From the NCBI GenBank assembly GCA_002269645.1, contig NIVC01000600.1, forward strand, positions 238,638-302,637: 64,000 nt of DNA, given 5' to 3'. The stretch is from Macrostomum lignano. Lineage: Eukaryota. Shown piece by piece: positions 1 to 7,511 of the stretch. The first letter of the stretch is position 1. Each line of letters starts with the position of its first letter. The translations under genes and the position numbers were made by a program. The notes under the pieces were generated by a model. That model was not told the origin of the DNA, searched no databases, and saw nothing but the letters and a program-made list of their open reading frames with translations.

Positions 1-1557
1 ACCTCAAAGAACGTCAAGTTCACCTTGCTCTTTCTCCACAATCTCACTCTGTTCTATAAATATCCTGCCTGGGCGACAAATCCCAACCAGGCAACCAGCA
101 TTGTCTCAATCCTTTTTCTATTTTTAGCCTCGCAAAACCAGTTCTCGTCCGGAGAATTCCGCCTTTACTCCGGCTGGTTCACAGCAGATCTGCATCGTTT
201 TTCGTCTTCTGGAAATTCTAGTTCCATTCCGGTCTGCATCAGTTCACAAACCAGCCTCAACTGGCCTCAGTTCGCCTCACTCAGTTGGCTAAAACGCCCT
301 ATCGGCTCCGCGCCTCACTCAGTTGGCTCAACGCCCTACCACAATTCAGCTGTGATCCGCTCCAGCTCTTCTCTCCGCTGCAATTCTCATCCCCAGGGAT
401 AGAAAGTGAGGGAGAATGATTCTGTCACACCGGTGCGACACTCTCAGTACTCTCAATCTTCTCTTACCCCAGGGAATTCATTTTTGTTTCAATGGCTGCT
501 CCCCCTCCTTGGGCTTTCCCATCAGAAACCCCCATTGTTCTCTAATGGGAATAATTTCCGTCCCAAGCTCTTATTTATACTACAATCCGCTTTCCTTCTC
601 CGCAAAGTACAACCTACCACCCTCGTCTACCCATACACCAGCCCTTTAGCCTTCGCAGTCGTTCAAAATTTCTCAAAACAAAATAAAAATTACGCTGTGA
701 TTGCTACCCACCCTCTCCTATTCCCTATTCCTTGTTTCTCAATTTCAAGCAGCCACATCATTTCTTCATGATTAGCAGCGATAAGCCCGCGGCAATTTGT
801 CCTATACACAGGACCTCTACACCTGCCTTCAGGTAATTATAATTCTATTTTAGTCGGCCGAATCTATTTGTCAATTACACACTTAAACCCAGGACTGGTG
901 CTTGGTTCATGCTCATCGTGTTCCAAGTTTGAAGTTTTGGCACGCCACTCATACGCCTCTGCCTTGCTTCCACAGACTTCTGCAGAGTCTCTTTCGTTCC
1001 TTTTACAACAAATTCAAATCGCGTACTCAACACGCATCGCCACATCCGCTGGCATCTTAACCACAACTCACCAGCTGAGTTTTCAACGCCAATCCGTTCA
1101 ATCTCAAAGGCATCAATCAACGCGCACATTGCCGCCTCCGCTGAATCTTCTACCGAAATCTGTTCAAATTCTAATCAAACTCAATCCAAGGATGAGGCTC
1201 AGCTTTTCTTGCTGCTTCTATGAAATATTTTAACCGCTCCACCGCTGAGCTATATTATAATTAGTACAGGCGCATCAGCCGACTCTACTCAGTTCTACTT
1301 TATACAACTGTTCAACACTTGCTCAAAATTGCTCTAAACTCACACTTTTGATAAATGATACTACAGCTACCGAAGCTCTACATATTGAAAATTTGCTTAT
1401 ATAAAACAAAAAACTGACCCTGGATAGATGACCGCAAATCACGCTCAGATGCTATTGCTTCGCGCTATTTCAAATCTTTATTGTTACAAAATTGCGGATT
1501 ATTTTCAACTCTTAATTGCAAGACCACTCGAAGTAAACCCATTCCACAGATCATTGC

Positions 1558-4500
1558 ATGAAATTGCGTTCTGGTACCCAACTCGGACAACAACAACAAC
1601 AAGAGCCGCCTGCAATATCCACACCAAATTCTGCCGGTGTCGCTGAAAATCCTATTGATATTTCTGGTGATTCTACTGGCATTTGTGGACATTCTACTGG
1701 TATTGGTGGACATTCTACTGGCATTGGAGGACACCATACTGACGACACCCAACAGCAACTAACACAAACAGCTACCCCAGCTACATTTTGCCATCTACCT
1801 GGCCTCCATCAAGAAAACACTGCCATCGGCACCAGAGACGAAGAACAACCTTCTGAGTTGTACGAGCAGCAACAAGAACAACATCCTCCACAGCCACTTC
1901 TGCAACCTGATCATTTGAATCAAAATAACGCCAATATCCAGGAAACTGAGAGCAACGTTACAATGGCAGAAGCACTAATGCAACAATTTATCAATGCTGT
2001 GCGAGATCAACAAAGACCACACGCTGCAATCCCAGCTAGTACCATCAACGAGATCCGCGAAGGTCTCAAGGAGATAGATCAACTTCATGATTTTGCCTCT
2101 TTCATCATGGAGTATGATCTATCAGCGAGAACTTTTAATCTAGATGAAAACTCAAAGCTTCGCATCTTTCCTCGGCTCCTCAACGATCTCCTAAAGATCG
2201 AATATGCCGCTCTACCCGCCGAGACACAAAATGACTACACCCAATTAGTTCGGTCTCTGTCCGACAGAATAGCGGTACTCACTCTCGGATCCACTTCGGC
2301 ACTACATCACATCGCCAACCGCCGACAACTCCCGGGTGAGCCATTCATCCAGTACTACACGGACATTCGCCGCAAACTTCGTGCCATATACCCAGAAGTC
2401 TCGCCACTACCACCCGTGGATGGCGAAAATGCACCGGCTAACCAAGCGGTCATTGACCAACGAAATGAAATGTTTAACAAAACATTGATCGGCCATATAC
2501 TAAGTGGCGCTCTACCTCACCTTCGCGTTGAACTACTGCGAAACCCGCTGAATACCGAACAACAGCTGCTCAACCAGGCCATTCGCCTTGAACAAATACA
2601 GCAGTCTTCACAATTAACGGCCCCAAACAACGTTCCGGCCGATATAGAAAAACGCCTTGCTGCCTTAGAATGTGGAACCATCAAGCCCAAGCCAATAGTA
2701 GCGGCTATTCAAGGCGCTAGCAATACTAGAGAACCACCAACGTGCAAATTCTGCCACAGGATTGGACACACAACAGATCGATGCTACCAGGATCCTCGAA
2801 ATGCACGCCAACAAACTGCCAATGCTAGACAACCAAGACAGGCTGACTCTAAGTGGACACGCAATCAACCGATTCAAGACCGGTACAGACGAGGCTCCGA
2901 TGATCCTCGCAGCCGAGACACAGGCTCTCCAGCCAAATACTGCCACTTTCACAACTCGGACACCCATGATACCGAAGAATGTCGTACCCTACACGATATT
3001 AAACAGGGGAGAACAACAAACAATAACCCACAGCGGTATAATCTAGGCCGGCGCGTACAATTTCAGCGCAACCCCACTCAACGATATCAACGGGAACGCC
3101 ACTCTGATTCACCAAACCACGGACGTTCCAGAACACCGTCACCGCGCCCTCCTGCAGCCGGTGTAAACTCAATTCAGGTTGTCTCGAACGACCCCATGCC
3201 ACAACTGCCGACTATGGACTCGCCTCAACAAATTGTGCCACCGAACAGCACACCCAGTGCTCCACAGCGTCTCACTGAGGTTCCTGTGGCAAAATCAACG
3301 GCTACTCCAACCTATGCTTTGGACAGACCAATTGAGTACAAGTTCCATGGCTCGACCAGGCAGTTTAAGAAATTAATCCGCGACAGTCCATCTACACTGT
3401 CAGTCATCCACGTTCAACCGTACACTACGCTATCAGCCGCTCAACCAAAGCTAAGAAAAGATATGCTACGTGCCCAGCGACAGCAGGTACACGTAAAAAG
3501 ACCACTGTCTCAGCAGAAAGGACGTCGACTAACTGGTCTAACGACGCTTCTCGTGACACTCATCTGGCTATCGCTATTCCCGACGGTGCAGACAACACCA
3601 CTGCCATCGAATCCTAAGCAACATCCACTCTACGTGGACACACCAATGCTCTGTCCATTAGATGGACCCGTGCGCATCTTCAAGATTCCTCAGCAGATCA
3701 GATGCGAACAGTTCACGTCGTCACAGGACGTTACGACACCAGTGCACTTACAGCTCTACTCTACTAACCTGGAGCAAACCAGAACACCAGTCAGCTTATG
3801 CTTCCGTGAGGAAATCTCGGTTAATTGCCTCCCAATGAGCCAGGTTCTGCGCTCTCTCCGTGATGCGTACGTAACCTTACGCCCACTTACAGTCGCCGCA
3901 CAAGATTGCCAACATTGGACCGAATCATATAACTCACCTGATGGTCAGCTTCAACTGGTTGCCACCACTGGAAACTACAAAATCTCTCGCTCCAATACAG
4001 GAACCTCCTTCCTCGAAGACTGTTACCATCGCAAGGCACGAACTCAAATAGTTTCAACACTCATACAAGGGATAATAGCTTTCGCCTCTCCTAGCAAACC
4101 AATGGAATCGTTAGCCTTCTCCATGGCACACTGTAGCTATTCATCTCAAGGCTGCATTATTGAGACAACCTTTGACAACATGAAACGCTATAACCTACCG
4201 ACAACTCTCCTTCAAAACGCATGGGACACTCTCGACCCACCGGCGACACAACAACTGACCGTTACTGGCCAACGAAAACTGACACTTACGTGGAAAACAA
4301 CAAGCCGTTCGGACTGTATACTCACGCCATTCCGACAAATTCGAGGTAACATACACTCGGGATTCTTCATTAACGAAGAACAGACATTGGCTTTGACCTT
4401 TAAATTGCCGCTTCAACCCTTCCGCCTTACCTGCTCAATTGGAACGAAACGACTATATGTTTCCGAACAAGAACTGTACGTTGAAGTGCTCGACAACAGA

Positions 4501-6195
4501 GAAGAAGACTTCTTAAAGTCAATCGCGATTGTGCAATCTACAGCTGATGACACCACGAGCAACACAACACGCTCTGTCAAAGCCGCGGATGCTTTAACAG
4601 CTGACAGCAGCTCATCTTCTCGACAGAGCCGTTCACTACCTGACTTATTGGCTACCACAGAACAACCGTCAACCACACCGATTCCGACGACAGTTCAAGC
4701 TCCAACTATTACGTCTCTACCCTCACAGCAGACGCTTGATACAGCTTCACCTACATCCGAGCCTACTGTCACTACCACTACAATTAAAAAATCTACTACC
4801 ACACCTCTAAATCTGGAAATTACAACTCCACCAACTACGACAATAGCGACTAGTACAGTTCAAACACCCACAACAACGATGTCGCTTAGAAAACCTCAAC
4901 ACACTACATCTCTTCAACTTAAGTCTACAACTCTACCAACGACAGTAGCCACAACTACAGTTACGTCGTATAGTCCGCTAACTACGAAAACGACGACATC
5001 TACCGGTATTACCACCGAACAACTAACTCCTGGACCTATGTCTACAACACCTACTACCATACTGGAACCTGATCCTCTTAATATACCATACCTACACCGC
5101 GACCAACCACCAATGCTGGAACATCAGGACAGAATCCGTCGCGCGATTCCACCTCCAGACAAAACAGTCAACATCACCAACGCTGAACTCAAGCTATCAG
5201 AAAACCTCGTTTCGGCACAGCTTCTCTCCAGTCAACTACAAGGACTTCAATCGAAGACTCTACTCGATCTCAAGAAACTACACACTCAACTGACGACTAC
5301 GCAGTGCAAGATGTACGCTTTGAATCTTCGCTATAGTCGCAACCTATACTATACCAATCCGACACTAGCTGCGCGTCAATTATTCGCTGACAAATTCATT
5401 TATGCGCACTCCATCGCTGGCTACATCTTTGTTCACCAATGTAAGCCACTAAGTCAGTTCCAGTTCGTTCAACCGCGATACTCACGAGACGAATGCTACA
5501 CAAGACCACCGATACAATTTCAACTCCACAATAAGTCTGTTCTCGGATTCCTCGATACAACGACATCGATCATCTCAACAGCAAGACCACCACTAATATC
5601 CTGCCGTTACCTACGAGACTACTATCTTCCAAAGGGTGAATTCATCTACAAAGCCACAGCCAACTTCAGCTCCTTTAGTCCGATAGAAGCACAAAATAGA
5701 TCCGACGAAACCTACCTCCTACAGTCCTTATACTCCGACATTAGACAGAGTATCTTCACGCCACTTGGAGACGTCAACTACAGCGCTTTACGATCACCAG
5801 TAACAATAACTGACATGATGGAAAGTTTCATCCAAACACGTGATTTTCTAATCACTGTCTTTAAACTAAACAACGCTACTGGACGTCTCCACAAGGATGA
5901 ATTCAAGCAGTTTGGCCTAAACGCCTTGGAAGCTTACCAGAATCTTTGGACATCTACCTTCTTCAGTTGGGAAAGATTCCAACAGAATCATATGGAGAAG
6001 TTTCTGTTCAGTTCTGCTGTAATTGTCTACGCTGCACTACTAATTTTCCTTTGCAACATTGGTCGAATCTGCGTTGCCAACACACTAACTTATGGTCGAA
6101 CACACCGCCTTATGGTAATGCGAACGACCGACCCATCACCGCAACAAAACCGGAGCCCACAGCGACTTCCTACTACCCCGACCACGTGTCGTTAG
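1558..6195 (+). CDS. Gag-Env polyprotein (retrotransposon capsid + CCHC nucleocapsid, internal signal peptide, gB-like class III fusion glycoprotein, C-terminal TM)
   Basis: 1545-aa uninterrupted ORF. MHR-like RRQLPGEPFIQYYTDIRR; knuckles CKFCHRIGHTTDRC and CHFHNSDTHDTEEC; hydrophobic LTGLTTLLVTLIWLSLFPTVQT (~3532-3597); gB-like NPTLAARQLFADKFIYAHSIAGYIFVHQC and ECYTRPPIQF; TM FLFSSAVIVYAALLIFLCNI (~6001-6060). Confidence 0.9.
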   Translation: MKLRSGTQLGQQQQQEPPAISTPNSAGVAENPIDISGDSTGICGHSTGIGGHSTGIGGHHTDDTQQQLTQTATPATFCHLPGLHQENTAIGTRDEEQPSELYEQQQEQHPPQPLLQPDHLNQNNANIQETESNVTMAEALMQQFINAVRDQQRPHAAIPASTINEIREGLKEIDQLHDFASFIMEYDLSARTFNLDENSKLRIFPRLLNDLLKIEYAALPAETQNDYTQLVRSLSDRIAVLTLGSTSALHHIANRRQLPGEPFIQYYTDIRRKLRAIYPEVSPLPPVDGENAPANQAVIDQRNEMFNKTLIGHILSGALPHLRVELLRNPLNTEQQLLNQAIRLEQIQQSSQLTAPNNVPADIEKRLAALECGTIKPKPIVAAIQGASNTREPPTCKFCHRIGHTTDRCYQDPRNARQQTANARQPRQADSKWTRNQPIQDRYRRGSDDPRSRDTGSPAKYCHFHNSDTHDTEECRTLHDIKQGRTTNNNPQRYNLGRRVQFQRNPTQRYQRERHSDSPNHGRSRTPSPRPPAAGVNSIQVVSNDPMPQLPTMDSPQQIVPPNSTPSAPQRLTEVPVAKSTATPTYALDRPIEYKFHGSTRQFKKLIRDSPSTLSVIHVQPYTTLSAAQPKLRKDMLRAQRQQVHVKRPLSQQKGRRLTGLTTLLVTLIWLSLFPTVQTTPLPSNPKQHPLYVDTPMLCPLDGPVRIFKIPQQIRCEQFTSSQDVTTPVHLQLYSTNLEQTRTPVSLCFREEISVNCLPMSQVLRSLRDAYVTLRPLTVAAQDCQHWTESYNSPDGQLQLVATTGNYKISRSNTGTSFLEDCYHRKARTQIVSTLIQGIIAFASPSKPMESLAFSMAHCSYSSQGCIIETTFDNMKRYNLPTTLLQNAWDTLDPPATQQLTVTGQRKLTLTWKTTSRSDCILTPFRQIRGNIHSGFFINEEQTLALTFKLPLQPFRLTCSIGTKRLYVSEQELYVEVLDNREEDFLKSIAIVQSTADDTTSNTTRSVKAADALTADSSSSSRQSRSLPDLLATTEQPSTTPIPTTVQAPTITSLPSQQTLDTASPTSEPTVTTTTIKKSTTTPLNLEITTPPTTTIATSTVQTPTTTMSLRKPQHTTSLQLKSTTLPTTVATTTVTSYSPLTTKTTTSTGITTEQLTPGPMSTTPTTILEPDPLNIPYLHRDQPPMLEHQDRIRRAIPPPDKTVNITNAELKLSENLVSAQLLSSQLQGLQSKTLLDLKKLHTQLTTTQCKMYALNLRYSRNLYYTNPTLAARQLFADKFIYAHSIAGYIFVHQCKPLSQFQFVQPRYSRDECYTRPPIQFQLHNKSVLGFLDTTTSIISTARPPLISCRYLRDYYLPKGEFIYKATANFSSFSPIEAQNRSDETYLLQSLYSDIRQSIFTPLGDVNYSALRSPVTITDMMESFIQTRDFLITVFKLNNATGRLHKDEFKQFGLNALEAYQNLWTSTFFSWERFQQNHMEKFLFSSAVIVYAALLIFLCNIGRICVANTLTYGRTHRLMVMRTTDPSPQQNRSPQRLPTTPTTCR

Positions 6196-7511
6196 TACCA
6201 TTAGTACTTACTTCGCCCTCTAGGAGAAACACAAAGGCGACAGCCCCATCAGCTCCACCTATGGAACTCGAAGAACGACAGCCAGCTATACCGTCTACTT
6301 CTTCACGGACAGATTCAAGACTCTACCCGACACTTCAACACTGGCCGGTTGCCTACAACACCGTCTTGAAACATCTTACGATGCGAACCCTCATCACGCT
6401 CTGGTGCACAAGCCCAAGAATGACCAAATGCAAGTGCACCGCGCTGATTGATAGTGGCGCCTCTATCTCTTGCGTTTCACCTACCTTCGCACAGAAACTA
6501 CAGGCTGACATTTTACCCTGTAAAATACGCGTTCAATGTGCAGGAGGACAACTTCTTAACGTAACTAAACAGGCTAAATTTAGTATGATCATCGGATCAT
6601 CAAATCGGAAAATCACAGCTTACATATTGGAGGCTATGCCACCCGATTATGATCTAATTCTCGGTGTCGAAACCTTTAAATCCCTTGGCATACCACTGTC
6701 CATTGACTACGCCAAGTCAGAAGCACAAATCGATGGCACTTCGTTTCCCATATTGAATACTTACACAGCAACTGAGGTCGCTGAAGTCTACTTGCCAAAG
6801 CAGACTCACATACCCGCTCAATCTACCACCTGGATACAGGCGAATATCGACACGACCTATCCAAAGCGCCAGCCTGTCCTATTCATACCAAAGGATCATA
6901 CTATTCAACGCTATAAGCTCTTAATCGCAAGCTGCTTGACGCTTACAGATGAAACGGGTAATTCGATCCTCATACAGATCGCTAACCCTTCACTACAGCC
7001 AGTAACACTCTATGCTCAAACACGATTAGGCAGTCTGTCCGATCCCGCGGAATATACACCTGTTACTTCAAAACCTACAGCAACAGTCAATACCATCTCT
7101 ACCTCGCACGCACGACCTGAGACCGACCGCCAGCTAATTGAACAACAAACACGGCCTAACAATTCGCATCTGACACCCGAACAAGCTACGAGACTGTGCG
7201 ACCTACTTTTAGAGTACCGAGATACGCTGGCTCTGTTACCTACGGATATGGGATGCACTACTCAATATACCGCCACAATTAACGTTCAACCACATACGCA
7301 TCCAATTACATCGCGACCTTTTCCGATTGCACATGGTCTTCAAGAGCGTTTTGACCAACTGATCGAGAATTTCATCCACAAAGGAATACTCAGCCCTAGC
7401 GAGTCGGAATACTCAAGCCCATGTCTACTGGTCGAAAAGAAGACACTTGATGAACAAGGACGCCGCCAATTGCGTCTTGTCGTTGACTTTCGCCGTCTCA
7501 ACGAATTCTAA
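5946..7511 (+). CDS. pol: pol part 1: aspartic protease and N-terminal RT (-1 frame relative to gag-env)
   Basis: ALIDSGASISCVS (D-S-G active site), YDLILGVETF (protease C-terminal motif), SEYSSPCLLVEKK and RLVVDFRRLNE (RT N-terminal motifs). The true start is unknown. Confidence 0.9.
   Translation: MDIYLLQLGKIPTESYGEVSVQFCCNCLRCTTNFPLQHWSNLRCQHTNLWSNTPPYGNANDRPITATKPEPTATSYYPDHVSLVPLVLTSPSRRNTKATAPSAPPMELEERQPAIPSTSSRTDSRLYPTLQHWPVAYNTVLKHLTMRTLITLWCTSPRMTKCKCTALIDSGASISCVSPTFAQKLQADILPCKIRVQCAGGQLLNVTKQAKFSMIIGSSNRKITAYILEAMPPDYDLILGVETFKSLGIPLSIDYAKSEAQIDGTSFPILNTYTATEVAEVYLPKQTHIPAQSTTWIQANIDTTYPKRQPVLFIPKDHTIQRYKLLIASCLTLTDETGNSILIQIANPSLQPVTLYAQTRLGSLSDPAEYTPVTSKPTATVNTISTSHARPETDRQLIEQQTRPNNSHLTPEQATRLCDLLLEYRDTLALLPTDMGCTTQYTATINVQPHTHPITSRPFPIAHGLQERFDQLIENFIHKGILSPSESEYSSPCLLVEKKTLDEQGRRQLRLVVDFRRLNEF

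Noticed and set aside
25-1233. Three ~120-aa ORFs upstream of gag as accessory genes, or this region as the 5' LTR
   Set aside because: No motifs or coding signature, no match to the presumed 3' LTR, and no clear PBS; treated as leader sequence.
5860-5866. TTTAAAC as the env/pol -1 slippery site
   Set aside because: Out of phase for X XXY YYZ in ORF1 (TTT AAA C) and upstream of the annotated pol-frame ORF.
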